Below are positions 54,097 through 63,848 of a stretch of DNA of 64,000 bases, one piece after another (within the stretch, counting starts at the first letter, position 1; each line of letters begins with the position of its first letter). Origin of the DNA: Nanobdellota archaeon (GTDB lineage: Archaea; Nanobdellota; Nanobdellia; Pacearchaeales; GW2011-AR1); NCBI GenBank assembly GCA_028867075.1, contig JAGWGZ010000001.1, positions 26,660-90,659 on the forward strand, written 5' to 3'. The notes under the pieces were generated by a model. It had not been told where the DNA came from. It searched no databases and saw nothing but the letters and a program-made list of their open reading frames with translations. The translations under genes were made by a program, and so were the position numbers.

Positions 54097-54140
54097 TTTA
54101 AATCGCAAATCTTTTTATATAACTTAATTTTCTTTTAATT

Positions 54141-55448
54141 ATGGAATCAAAATCCCATGATGCAAAGCCGGGCGATTATGTTGAAATCTCCTTGATGAAA
54201 AGTTCATATGAGGGAACCTTGCTTGAAGCGCCTGAAAATGAAAAAGGAATTGTTCTGCTGAAGCTTAAGTCAGGATATAACTTCGGAATAAACAGAAGAG
54301 ACATAACTGAAATAAAAGTTTTGAGAAAGTTTTCTGAAGGAAAAGAGGAGAATTTTGAGGTAAAAAAAGACAGGGAAAAGCCGAATATAGCAATGATAAT
54401 CACCGGGGGGACAATTGCCGCGCGATTAAACCCTAAGAAAGGGGGCGTTGACTGGCTGACTTCACCCGAAGATTTATTCAAGTTTTATCCTGAGATTTTC
54501 AAGATAGTAAATGTTGTAAGGGTTGAGATTCCCTTTATGAAAGCTTCTGAAGACATGAACTATAAGGACTGGCAAAAGATTGCAAAGACAGCTGAGAAAC
54601 TCCTGAATGACGGGAATATCAGCGGGATAATAATAACTCATGGAACTGATTTTTTGCATTATACTTCTTCGGCGCTTTCATTCTTTCTCAGAAATCTGAA
54701 CAAGCCCGTTGCTCTCACATACTCTCAAAGAAGCACTGACCGTGCAAGCAGTGACGCGAATCTGAATCTTCAATGTGCAGCTCTTGCAGCCACTTCTGAT
54801 ATTGCAGAAGTCATGTTGGTGGGTCATGCAACTTCAAATGATGACTTCTGCTATTCAATGCCCGGAACAAAAGTGAGAAAATTGCATACCTCTCGAAGAG
54901 ATGCCTTTAAAATTGTCAATTCAGAGCCGTTTGCAAAAATATTTCCTTCCGGAGATATTCACAAGATCTCCGAGTATAATCTAAGAAATAAGAATAAAGC
55001 CAAAGTCGATGCAAAATTTGAGGAAAAGATTGCGCTTGTTAAAGTTTATCCCGGACAAGATCCGGCCATTTTGGATTATTATTTGAAAAATAAATACAAA
55101 GGAATTGTTCTGGAACTCTCCGGGCTTGGGCATGCTCCAACAATGAGGTCAAGAAAAGGCTGGACAAGAAAACTCAAGGAGGTTATTTCTCGAGGAATGA
55201 TTGTTTGCGCTGCTCCTCAGACAATTTATGGAAGACTTGACCCTTATGTTTACTCCAACGGAAGGGAGATTCTGGACACAGGTGTAATTTATCTTGAAGA
55301 TATGCTTTCTGAAACCGCTTTTGTAAAGCTCGGCTGGGTTTTGGGGCATGGAGAGTGGGTTAAAAGTAAAGAGAAGATTAAAGAGAAAATGCTTGAAAAT
55401 TTTGCCCACGAGATTAACCGAAGGATAAGCGAAAATGAGTTTGCCTGA
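54141..55448 (+). CDS. gatD: Glu-tRNA(Gln) amidotransferase subunit D
   Basis: LKLKSGYN.G, TGGTIA, HGTD, SQRS.DR.SSD, KLHTSRRDAF, VYSNGR. Confidence 0.95.
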   Translation: MESKSHDAKPGDYVEISLMKSSYEGTLLEAPENEKGIVLLKLKSGYNFGINRRDITEIKVLRKFSEGKEENFEVKKDREKPNIAMIITGGTIAARLNPKKGGVDWLTSPEDLFKFYPEIFKIVNVVRVEIPFMKASEDMNYKDWQKIAKTAEKLLNDGNISGIIITHGTDFLHYTSSALSFFLRNLNKPVALTYSQRSTDRASSDANLNLQCAALAATSDIAEVMLVGHATSNDDFCYSMPGTKVRKLHTSRRDAFKIVNSEPFAKIFPSGDIHKISEYNLRNKNKAKVDAKFEEKIALVKVYPGQDPAILDYYLKNKYKGIVLELSGLGHAPTMRSRKGWTRKLKEVISRGMIVCAAPQTIYGRLDPYVYSNGREILDTGVIYLEDMLSETAFVKLGWVLGHGEWVKSKEKIKEKMLENFAHEINRRISENEFA

Positions 55449-55892
55449 TTATTTTATCTTCTTTTCAATTCGATTAAGCTGTTTTCTTATTTCCTGAATT
55501 TCCTTTTCTGCTTTTCTGTTGACAGCATAATCATATTGTGAGCGAAGCCTGTCCCTTTGAGATTCCCGATTTTGCGACATAAGTATTATCGGTGCCTGGA
55601 TTGCAGCAAGGCAGCTTAAGACAAGATTCAGGAGAATGAACGGGTAGGGGTCCCAGTGATTCATCCAGGCAACAGCATTCAGAATCATCCAAATGACAAG
55701 AATAATTAGAAGAGAGATTATGAAGACCCAGCTGCCTGCGATGGAAGTAAGAATATCTGCTGCTTTCTGCCCGAAGGTTTCCCTGACCTTTGACGGATGA
55801 ACTATTAGGACGGGAGTTTCGTCTTTGAGGTCATCAACAAGGTCCGCATTCTTGATATCTTTCACCTTTTTTTCCATTTCTGTTAAAAACAA
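55449..55892 (-). CDS. DUF1003 family membrane protein
   Basis: TFGQKAAD...GSW.FI, WDPYPFILLNL.LS.LAA.QAPIILMSQNR. Confidence 0.9.
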   Translation of the reverse strand: MFLTEMEKKVKDIKNADLVDDLKDETPVLIVHPSKVRETFGQKAADILTSIAGSWVFIISLLIILVIWMILNAVAWMNHWDPYPFILLNLVLSCLAAIQAPIILMSQNRESQRDRLRSQYDYAVNRKAEKEIQEIRKQLNRIEKKIK

Positions 55893-55985
55893 GAGAGTTT
55901 TATAAAAGTTCTTGACATAAGCGTTATGACTACTCAGGGGTTACAGATAGGAAGATTTAAATATCTTTGAAAATTAGAATGGTTC

Positions 55986-56786
55986 ATGAATTACATTGAA
56001 AGAGAATTGGCTACTGAAATTGAAATGAGGATGGAATTTATTAGAAGTCACTATAATTCTGAAGTGAAATCCAGGTCCAGAAAACTCATGACCAGTGAAA
56101 TTGAGAAGACCTCGCAGGTTCATTCATATAGAATGGAAAATCCCCAGATAATCGTTCCTTTTTCTGTCCCACGAAATAAGCATAAGAAAGAGATTAGACA
56201 AGGAATTAAGAATATAGAAAGAGCATTTGAATGGGGAATAGAGAATTTTGACCCCGGAAATTTTGACGATATCTTTGTAAGGGAGATTGCGGGGAGAGTT
56301 ACTCCTGAGCTTTATGATACACAAATTGCACAGTATCGGGATCGGAATGTGGTTATCTCTGGAGCGAGTGTCACCCCGCCTTATCCGACAAAATTAATTA
56401 AGAAAGAGATGCCGGAGTTTATTCAGTCTCTTAGAAGGCAACTTAAATGCCCAAATGATTTAAACAAAATTGAAGCAGCTATTTATGCTCACCTTCATCT
56501 TGCAAGGATACATCCTTTTTTGGACGGTAATGGGAGAACAGCAAGGGTTGTCCAGAATGTTATACTCTACCATAATGATATCCCCCCTCCAGTGATAGAA
56601 ACCGGTGAGAGAATGACATACTATAAAATGCTTGATCAAGCAGTATTGGATATTGATGAATCAAAGGCCATCGGACATGAAGGAGCTAAAACCGAGGGAG
56701 AGAGCTTATTTTATAATTACATGGCAGGAAAAATAAATGCCTCTTTGGATAAGATAATTTATTACTGCAATAATCATTTTCATTAA
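55986..56786 (+). CDS. Fic domain protein
   Basis: IHPFLDGNGRTAR canonical Fic motif; N-terminal SYRMEN matches the (S/T)xxxE(G/N) inhibitory motif. Confidence 0.92.
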   Translation: MNYIERELATEIEMRMEFIRSHYNSEVKSRSRKLMTSEIEKTSQVHSYRMENPQIIVPFSVPRNKHKKEIRQGIKNIERAFEWGIENFDPGNFDDIFVREIAGRVTPELYDTQIAQYRDRNVVISGASVTPPYPTKLIKKEMPEFIQSLRRQLKCPNDLNKIEAAIYAHLHLARIHPFLDGNGRTARVVQNVILYHNDIPPPVIETGERMTYYKMLDQAVLDIDESKAIGHEGAKTEGESLFYNYMAGKINASLDKIIYYCNNHFH

Positions 56787-56816
56787 TTTAATAAACTCTT
56801 CCCATTTTTTATTTGA

Positions 56817-58262
56817 ATGGGTAAGTTCGATTATAAAGGGCTGGGGTTGAGATGCGGACTTGAAATTCATCAGCAGCTGAATACAAAGAAACTATTTTGT
56901 GAGTGCCTGAGCGTTCTAAGAAGTGATGAGCCTGATTTTACGGTAAAAAGAAAACTTCATGCTGTTGCGGGCGAGAGCGGAGAGATAGACATTGCTGCAC
57001 GTTATCAGGCATCTTTGGAAAAGAATTTTATCTATCAGGGTTATGATGACACGACCTGCCTTGTTGAATTGGATGAAGCTCCACCAAGGGAGATCAACAG
57101 AGATGCTCTTAAAATTGCTGTCCAGGTGGCTTTGCTGCTTAACTGCAAAATAATCCCGATAACGCAGATAATGAGAAAGACCGTGATTGACGGAAGCAAC
57201 ACCTCAGGATTCCAGAGAACGGTTCTAATTGCAAGAGATGGTTATGTTGAAACAGCTTACGGGAAAATAGGAATTGAGAGCGTTTGTTTAGAAGAAGATT
57301 CCGCCAGAATAATCTCAGGAAAAAATAATGAGGTAACATACAGGCTTGACAGGCTTGGGATACCTTTGATAGAGATTGCAACTTCGCCGAACATATTCAA
57401 TCCTGATGCTGCAAAAGAAGTTGCACTGCATATTGGGAATGTCCTGAGAAGTTGTGATGTCCGAAGAGGAATAGGAACCATAAGGCAGGACGTTAATATG
57501 TCTTTAATGAAATTCGGTGGGACGAGGATCGAAATAAAAGGAGTGCAGGAACCGGCCCTGATTATCAAGACGATAAATTCGGAAATTGGACGCGAGTCAA
57601 AGGAGAAAAAGAAGATTGAACCGCAGGTCAGGAAGGCCCTGGAGAGCGGTGAAACCGAATTCCTAAGACCGATGCCCGGAGCTTCAAGGATGTATCCTGA
57701 AACAGACCTGCCTCTTTTAAGAATAAAAAAAGAATTCATTGATGAAGTAAAGAGAAGCCTTCCCAAGTTAAGATCAGAAATTGCAGAGGAGCTTAAACAT
57801 TACGGACTCCATGAAGAACTGATTAAGCTGATACTAAAAGAAGACAAAATTGATGAATTCAAAGAGCTTGCAGGCATAGTGAAGAATCCAGAGATTGTTG
57901 CAAAAGCCCTGGTTCTATATCCGCGCGAACTTGCATCAAAGAATAATCTTTCAGAAGAGAAAATTAATGAACTTCTGAACAAGGATATTTTGGCTTCACT
58001 TCTTGAGGCTGTCGCGGAAAAGAAGATTTCAGAAGGGCAGGTAAAGGAAGCCATGGAAAAAATAGCAGGCGGAAAAGAACTAGAAGAAGCGCTGAAGTTT
58101 GAAGAGCATGATTTTGACAAGATTGAAGAAAAGATAATCAATCTGATAAGGGAAAAGCCCGGGCTTTCACCAAATGCTTATATGGGCCTGCTTATGAAAG
58201 AGCTCAAGGGAAAAATCGACGCCAAGAGCCTGATGGAAGTTATAAACAGGCATTTAAAATAA
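56817..58262 (+). CDS. gatE: Glu-tRNA(Gln) amidotransferase subunit E (short form)
   Basis: DY..LGL.CGLEIHQQL, CLVELDE.PP, MRKTVIDGSNTSGFQRT, RG.GTIRQDVN, RP.PG.SRMYPETD. Confidence 0.95.
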   Translation: MGKFDYKGLGLRCGLEIHQQLNTKKLFCECLSVLRSDEPDFTVKRKLHAVAGESGEIDIAARYQASLEKNFIYQGYDDTTCLVELDEAPPREINRDALKIAVQVALLLNCKIIPITQIMRKTVIDGSNTSGFQRTVLIARDGYVETAYGKIGIESVCLEEDSARIISGKNNEVTYRLDRLGIPLIEIATSPNIFNPDAAKEVALHIGNVLRSCDVRRGIGTIRQDVNMSLMKFGGTRIEIKGVQEPALIIKTINSEIGRESKEKKKIEPQVRKALESGETEFLRPMPGASRMYPETDLPLLRIKKEFIDEVKRSLPKLRSEIAEELKHYGLHEELIKLILKEDKIDEFKELAGIVKNPEIVAKALVLYPRELASKNNLSEEKINELLNKDILASLLEAVAEKKISEGQVKEAMEKIAGGKELEEALKFEEHDFDKIEEKIINLIREKPGLSPNAYMGLLMKELKGKIDAKSLMEVINRHLK

Positions 58263-58808
58263 TTATTTTCCGAACTTTCCGTTATACATCTCATTTGCCC
58301 TTTCAATGTCTTTGAAGGCATTCTCTTTCCCCAGAATTTCCAAGACTTTGCACTGTTTTCCCTGTAACTGCTTGTAAGTCTCAAAGAAATGCTTCAATTC
58401 CGCGAGAGTGTGGGCTGCAACATCACTCACATCCCGAATTTCCTTGTATCTGGGGTCATCATCATAAACTGCAATTATCTTGTCGTCTTTTTCCTCGCTG
58501 TCAATCATCCTCAGAACTCCAATAACCCTTACTTTCACGAGAGTCATGGGATAAATCGGGTGCCCTGTGAGAATCATAATGTCCAGCGGGTCATTGTCGT
58601 CCCAAAGCGTCTGCGGAATAAACCCGTAATCCCCCGGATAGTGAACTGCAGAATAGAGAAAACGATCCATTTTCAGCAATCCGGTTTTCTTGTCAAGTTC
58701 ATATTTTATCTTTGAATCCTTCGGAATTTCAATTACGGCATTGATTATCCCCGGGATTTTTCCGATTTCTCCGAGTTCCACATCATGCCACGGGTTTATA
58801 GAGACCAT
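58263..58808 (-). CDS. ppa: inorganic pyrophosphatase (family I)
   Basis: IEIP...KYELDK, YPGDYGFIPQT, DNDPLD, DDKI, FF..YK. Confidence 0.95.
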   Translation of the reverse strand: MVSINPWHDVELGEIGKIPGIINAVIEIPKDSKIKYELDKKTGLLKMDRFLYSAVHYPGDYGFIPQTLWDDNDPLDIMILTGHPIYPMTLVKVRVIGVLRMIDSEEKDDKIIAVYDDDPRYKEIRDVSDVAAHTLAELKHFFETYKQLQGKQCKVLEILGKENAFKDIERANEMYNGKFGK

Positions 58809-58893
58809 TACTGTTTTGCACTTTCAACATTTAAAAATCTGCCGTATTCTTTCATTCAATTAATTTTAAATAGAACTTTTATTTCACATTTAA

Positions 58894-60192
58894 ATGAATT
58901 TGGAAAAACTGAATAAGGAGACCGTTTGTATTGGAGATGTCTTCAAAAATAGCTACAAGGAAGCCGCTGTTGTCGGCTGGGTTGACAATACGCGTGAGCT
59001 CGGAAAAATAAAATTCCTTATTCTGAAGGACAGAACAGGAAAACTTCAGGTTACATCCGTGAAAGGGAAGGCCAGTGACAAGATTTTTGATATTGCTGAC
59101 AAGATTCCAAGAGAGTCTGTAATTTACGTGAAAGGATCTGTTAAAGAATCCAGGCAGGCGCCCGGAGGGAAAGAAATCATTCCTGAAAGAATTGATGTTC
59201 TTAATCCTTCTGAGGCTCTTCCGATTGATGTATCTGAATTTTCAAAGACAGAACTCCCGAAGAGGCTTGACAACAGGTTCCTTGATTTGCATAGAGAGAA
59301 CATTCGGGCAATTTTTAGAATCCAGAGCGAGATCGCTTTTAGATTCAGGGAATTCTTTTACAAGAAAGGATTTTATGAGGTTCAGCTTCCTTCTGTGATT
59401 TCAGCATCAAGTGAGGGAGGGACAGAACTCTTCAAGGTCGAGTATTTTGAGAAGAAAGCTTATCTTGCGCAATCTCCCCAGCTGTACAAGCAGATGCTCG
59501 CCTGTTCCCCTGTCGCAAAAGTCTTCACTATAACTCCTGTTTGGCGCGCTGAGAAACACAATACAATCAGGCATCTGAATGAATCTAGGCAGATGGACAT
59601 AGAAGTTGCATTTGCAGGGCAAATGGAGGTCATGAAAATCGAAGAAGAAGTCCTGAGATACATAATAGAGAATATAATAAAAAATTGTATAGATGAAATA
59701 AAAGTCCTGGGTTTGAAATTAAAAGTTCCAAAGGCAAAATATCTGAGCTATGATGAAGCTGTGAAATTGCTTGGCATGAAATATGGCGAGGATCTTTCTC
59801 CTGAGAATGAAAAAGAACTTGACAGGCATTTTCCTGACACAATAGTCTTTGTCCATTCATGGCCAGCCTCCTTGAAACCATTTTATATTATGCCCAAGGA
59901 TGAGAAATCAGATGCAAAATTGAGTGAAGGCTTTGATGCGATTTACAGAGGCTTGGAAATAACCTCGGGCGGGCAGAGAATCCATCTTCCAGAGCTTCTT
60001 ATCAAGAGACTAAAAGCAAAAGGGCTGAATCCCAAGGATTTCAAGGAATATGTGGATAGTTTCAGATACGGGGCTCCGCCGCACGCAGGCTGGTCTATCG
60101 GGCTTGAAAGATTGACAATGCTGATAACCGAACAGAAGAATATCCGCGAAGCTGTGCTTTTTCCGCGCGACAGGGACAGACTGACGCCTTAA
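58894..60192 (+). CDS. aspS: aspartate--tRNA ligase, archaeal type, probably non-discriminating
   Basis: QAPGG loop, RLDNRFLDL, LAQSPQLYKQ, WRAE, EITSGGQR, PPHAG..IGLERL, FPRD. Confidence 0.95.
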   Translation: MNLEKLNKETVCIGDVFKNSYKEAAVVGWVDNTRELGKIKFLILKDRTGKLQVTSVKGKASDKIFDIADKIPRESVIYVKGSVKESRQAPGGKEIIPERIDVLNPSEALPIDVSEFSKTELPKRLDNRFLDLHRENIRAIFRIQSEIAFRFREFFYKKGFYEVQLPSVISASSEGGTELFKVEYFEKKAYLAQSPQLYKQMLACSPVAKVFTITPVWRAEKHNTIRHLNESRQMDIEVAFAGQMEVMKIEEEVLRYIIENIIKNCIDEIKVLGLKLKVPKAKYLSYDEAVKLLGMKYGEDLSPENEKELDRHFPDTIVFVHSWPASLKPFYIMPKDEKSDAKLSEGFDAIYRGLEITSGGQRIHLPELLIKRLKAKGLNPKDFKEYVDSFRYGAPPHAGWSIGLERLTMLITEQKNIREAVLFPRDRDRLTP

Positions 60193-60255
60193 TTTTTCAA
60201 AGAAAAATTTAAAAATGCTTGGAAATAGTAGCATTATCCTTAAAGGAGGATAAAA

Positions 60256-60387
60256 ATGAAAAAAAACGAAGAAAACGAAGATGAAGACGAGAACGAGGAT
60301 GACTACGAAAACGAAGATGAAGACGAGAACGAGGATGAAGATGAAGACGAATCCAGTGATGGAGATTCAGACAGCTCCTGGGATTGA
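60256..60387 (+). CDS. hyper-acidic 43-aa microprotein
   Basis: AAAGGAGG SD at 60242-60249, TTTAAAAA at 60208, ORF MKKNEENEDEDENEDDYENEDEDENEDEDEDESSDGDSDSSWD, T-rich tract after stop. Confidence 0.7.
   Translation: MKKNEENEDEDENEDDYENEDEDENEDEDEDESSDGDSDSSWD
60271..60336 (+). repeat. 30-nt direct repeat inside the acidic ORF
   Basis: GAAAACGAAGATGAAGACGAGAACGAGGAT at 60271-60300 and 60307-60336. Confidence 0.9.
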
Positions 60388-60471
60388 TTAGTCATCTTAT
60401 TTTTTATTTTCAGTGGGGTCTTTATTTTTTGTATTGATTAATCTTATAAACTTCTTAATTTTAGAATACGC

Positions 60472-60735
60472 ATGAGCGATTTTTTGTTTCACAGGCTTTC
60501 GGAAAAGGACAAAGAGCAAGTCAGGGAAAAAGCAAAAATGCTTTTGGCCTCTTTTTCCGAGAAAATTTCCAAAGTCAAAATTTCAGATGAAGAGCCTCTT
60601 ATTCTGAGAAAGAATTTTGAAAGGGAAGAAAAAGAGGGGGATAACTGTGATTTACTTTTCAAGGATATAATGTTTGAAAATGCACCTGATAAAAATAAAG
60701 ATTTCATAATCGCGGAGAAAAGATCATGGAACTGA
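60472..60735 (+). CDS. gatC: probable GatC subunit
   Basis: 87 aa directly before gatA; C-terminal ERE...MFENAP.....FI.AE pattern. Confidence 0.65.
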   Translation: MSDFLFHRLSEKDKEQVREKAKMLLASFSEKISKVKISDEEPLILRKNFEREEKEGDNCDLLFKDIMFENAPDKNKDFIIAEKRSWN

Positions 60736-62087
60736 TGGGGAAGGATGATGTGATGGTCTCTTCAACTGTTTCAAAACTGAAAGAATATCTTTCTGAGATA
60801 AAGAAGAACGACCAAAACGGAAAGAGAATAAATGCTTTTCTGCATTTGCGCGATGAAAAGAACCTTCTCCACGAGGCAGAGGAAATTGACAGAAAAATAA
60901 AATCAGGAAAAGCCGGAAGACTTGCAGGAAAGGTAATCGCCGTGAAGTCAAATATCAATGTTCAGGGGGAGATTGCTTCATGCGCTTCGCATGTTCTTGA
61001 AAATTATAAAGCACCTTATGATGCCCATGTTATTGAAAGAATAAAATCCGAAGACGGGTTGATAATCGGAATGACAAACATGGATGAATTTGCATGCGGA
61101 GCCAGCGGCGAGACAAGTGCATTTGGGCCGACGAAGAACCCCATTAACCTTGATCTCATTCCCGGCGGTTCTTCAAGCGGAAGTGCAGCCGCAGTTGCAG
61201 CAGGTTTCTGTGACATGGCTCTTGGAAGCGACACGGGAGGGAGCATAAGAAACCCCTCATCGCATTGCGGTGTCGTCGGAATAAAGCCCACTTATTCTTC
61301 AGTTTCAAGATATGGGTTGATAGACCTGTCAATGAGCCTGGACCAGATAGGGACCTTGGCAGGGAATGTGCCTGACGCAGGCCTGCTCCTTGATGTAATA
61401 ATGGGAAGAGACGAAAAAGATTCCATTTCACAGGATTCTCCAAAAATTAATCTCAATGAAACTGAAAGAATTCCAAAAGACATCACTATAGGGATCCTGG
61501 ATTTTGAGATACAGAATAATGAGATAAAAAACCTTATCATGAAAAGGATTAAAGAGGCTGTCAAGAAGTATGGCTGGAAATATAAAAATGTTAAGATAGA
61601 AAATATAGGGCTTGCAATTGAGACTTATTACCCTCTGGTTTATGTTGAATTCTTTTCTGGAACCAGGAAATTTGACGGGCGAAGATACGGAAGGAAAATT
61701 GAAGATGCAGCAGGGGAGGAAGTCTTGCGGAGAGTCTTGGGGGGAAGCGAGATTTCAAAAGAGGAATATGGGGGAAGGTATTATTACCGCGCGCTGAAGA
61801 TAAAGGAATTTATCGAAAAAGAATTTTCCGGTGTCTTTAGGAATGTTGACTGCATCGTCTCAGCCACTGTGCCAAAGCTACCGCATAAAATCGGAACGAA
61901 CATTTCTGTGAGAGAAATGTACGAGTATGACGCACTTACAACCCCGTCAAACCTGGCAGGCAATTGTTCTGTTTCTGTTCCGGCTGGAGAAATTAACGGG
62001 ATTCCGGTGGGGATGCAGATAATATGCGATAAATTTAAAGAACAAAAAATGCTGCAGATTGCAAGAGCTTTTGAAAAATTAAAATGA
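60726..62087 (+). CDS. gatA: Asp/Glu-tRNA amidotransferase subunit A
   Basis: AVKSNI, NMDEFA.G.SGE.S.FGPT.NP, PGGSSSGSA, GSDTGGSIRNP, VSRYGL, EV.RRVL.G. Confidence 0.94.
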   Translation: MELMGKDDVMVSSTVSKLKEYLSEIKKNDQNGKRINAFLHLRDEKNLLHEAEEIDRKIKSGKAGRLAGKVIAVKSNINVQGEIASCASHVLENYKAPYDAHVIERIKSEDGLIIGMTNMDEFACGASGETSAFGPTKNPINLDLIPGGSSSGSAAAVAAGFCDMALGSDTGGSIRNPSSHCGVVGIKPTYSSVSRYGLIDLSMSLDQIGTLAGNVPDAGLLLDVIMGRDEKDSISQDSPKINLNETERIPKDITIGILDFEIQNNEIKNLIMKRIKEAVKKYGWKYKNVKIENIGLAIETYYPLVYVEFFSGTRKFDGRRYGRKIEDAAGEEVLRRVLGGSEISKEEYGGRYYYRALKIKEFIEKEFSGVFRNVDCIVSATVPKLPHKIGTNISVREMYEYDALTTPSNLAGNCSVSVPAGEINGIPVGMQIICDKFKEQKMLQIARAFEKLK

Positions 62088-63133
62088 AATTTATTTTCGG
62101 AAAGGAAGAGGACTTTTTCAGCTTCCTTGAATCTGTAGGAAAAAAAGACAAGGCTGCAATTGTTTCGCATACTGACCTTGATGGGGTGACTTCTGCATTG
62201 CTGATGCATGAAATCCTGAAGTCAAGAGGAATTGATATACAGTCTATAAATTTTGTGAATTATGGCATGGGGGTATTTGATGAACTGTCTTGCAAGTTAA
62301 AAAAAGAAAATATCTCCAAGGTTTTCCTTTCCGATATAAATGAAGATTCAGATTTAGAGGGTTTTGAAAGATTCAGAAATCAGTTTGATATTTTTCTTAT
62401 AGACCATCACCCGTCTGAATCAGGCTACAAGAACCACCTCCTGAAATCGCCTTCGCATGACTGTTCTTCTTTTGTTATTTATAACCTTGGCGTTAAAGTT
62501 ACCAGTCTGGATAAATGGAAAAAGCTTGTTTGTGCAGCAATGATTGCGGATTTTTCATATACTGATGATGAGAATTTCCGGTTTATAAAAAACAACTTTC
62601 CGGATGCAAGTAAAGAGGACATCTATAACTCAGATCCCGGGCAGCTGGATAAAACTATTTCTTATGCGCTCATATATTTCAGGGGTGAACAGAGAAGAAT
62701 ATTTGATATCCTACTGGAACACAAAACAGATACTCTGGAGAAATATAGAGGAATTGTGGAAAAGGATACTCTTGCAACACTAGGTAAGTTCAGGCAGAAC
62801 GCAGAGTTTTATCCAGATGCAAATCTTTATTTTTATTATTATAATCCAAGATACAGCGTTACCTCTATTGTCCTTAATATTTTATCAAAGGAAAAACCGG
62901 ACAACACTTTTATTTTCGCTTCAGATGTCATGGATGATGCAAGATTCTCAAAGGCCAGCTCCAGAAACCAGAGTGGAAACATCGACATGAACTTGCTTAT
63001 GAGAAAAGGAATTCATGGACTGGAAAATGCATCAGGCGGCGGCCATGTGAAGGCTTCTGCCGCCAAATTTATGAAGAAAGATTTTGAAAAGTTCAAAGAG
63101 AATATCCTTAAAGCCCTGACTTACGCTAAATGA
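62084..63133 (+). CDS. DHH/DHHA1 family phosphoesterase
   Basis: HTDLDG, LIDHH, GGGHVKAS. Confidence 0.88.
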   Translation: MKFIFGKEEDFFSFLESVGKKDKAAIVSHTDLDGVTSALLMHEILKSRGIDIQSINFVNYGMGVFDELSCKLKKENISKVFLSDINEDSDLEGFERFRNQFDIFLIDHHPSESGYKNHLLKSPSHDCSSFVIYNLGVKVTSLDKWKKLVCAAMIADFSYTDDENFRFIKNNFPDASKEDIYNSDPGQLDKTISYALIYFRGEQRRIFDILLEHKTDTLEKYRGIVEKDTLATLGKFRQNAEFYPDANLYFYYYNPRYSVTSIVLNILSKEKPDNTFIFASDVMDDARFSKASSRNQSGNIDMNLLMRKGIHGLENASGGGHVKASAAKFMKKDFEKFKENILKALTYAK

Positions 63134-63170
63134 TAATAATCTTTAAAAATGATTTTTGTTTTTCTGAAAA

Positions 63171-63848
63171 ATGAAAGTTGGCAATGCATTGTTGCAGTGG
63201 CTTGGACATGCCAGTTTTATGATAAAAAATTCCGAGGGAAAAGTCATATACATAGATCCTTATTCTCTGAGAGACAGGGATTTTGAAAAAGCAGACATGA
63301 TTCTTATAACGCACAGCCATCCGGATCATTGCAGCATTGCAGACATAAACAGGATAATCAAGCCAAATTGCAGGGTGGTTGTAACTGCAGACTGCCAGAG
63401 CAAAATAATGCGGACAGATGTTCCGATAAGAATCGAAATAATAGAGCCATGGCATGAGTTTGACTTTGGAAAAATAAGAGTATCCGCCATTCCCGCATAT
63501 AATATTGACAAGAGCTTTCATCCAAAAGATGAATCCTGGGTTGGCTATATAATAAAAGTTGATGATGCTGTTATTTATCATGCGGGCGATACAGATGTCA
63601 TCCCTGAGATGCAGAAAATTACAGGATACAAAAAACAGGGCTGTGAATTTGTCGCTCTTCTTCCAATAGGTGGTAAATACACGATGACTGCAGAAGAAGC
63701 CCTGGAAGCCGCCAAGATAATAAAGCCGAACCTCGCAATACCGATGCATTACGGAAGTGTTATAGGCTCAAATGATGATGCTGATGAATTTATCCGGCTC
63801 TGCAAGGAAGAGGGGATTAATGCGATGGCTTTGGAGAAATGGGAATAA
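63171..63848 (+). CDS. metallo-beta-lactamase fold hydrolase
   Basis: WLGHASF, IYIDP, THSHPDH, YHAGDT, LPIGG.YTM, IPMHYG. Confidence 0.92.
   Translation: MKVGNALLQWLGHASFMIKNSEGKVIYIDPYSLRDRDFEKADMILITHSHPDHCSIADINRIIKPNCRVVVTADCQSKIMRTDVPIRIEIIEPWHEFDFGKIRVSAIPAYNIDKSFHPKDESWVGYIIKVDDAVIYHAGDTDVIPEMQKITGYKKQGCEFVALLPIGGKYTMTAEEALEAAKIIKPNLAIPMHYGSVIGSNDDADEFIRLCKEEGINAMALEKWE

Noticed and set aside
60271-60350. GAA/GAT repeats as CRISPR or non-coding satellite
   Set aside because: Only two copies, 6 nt apart, in frame within an acidic ORF; no spacers or cas genes
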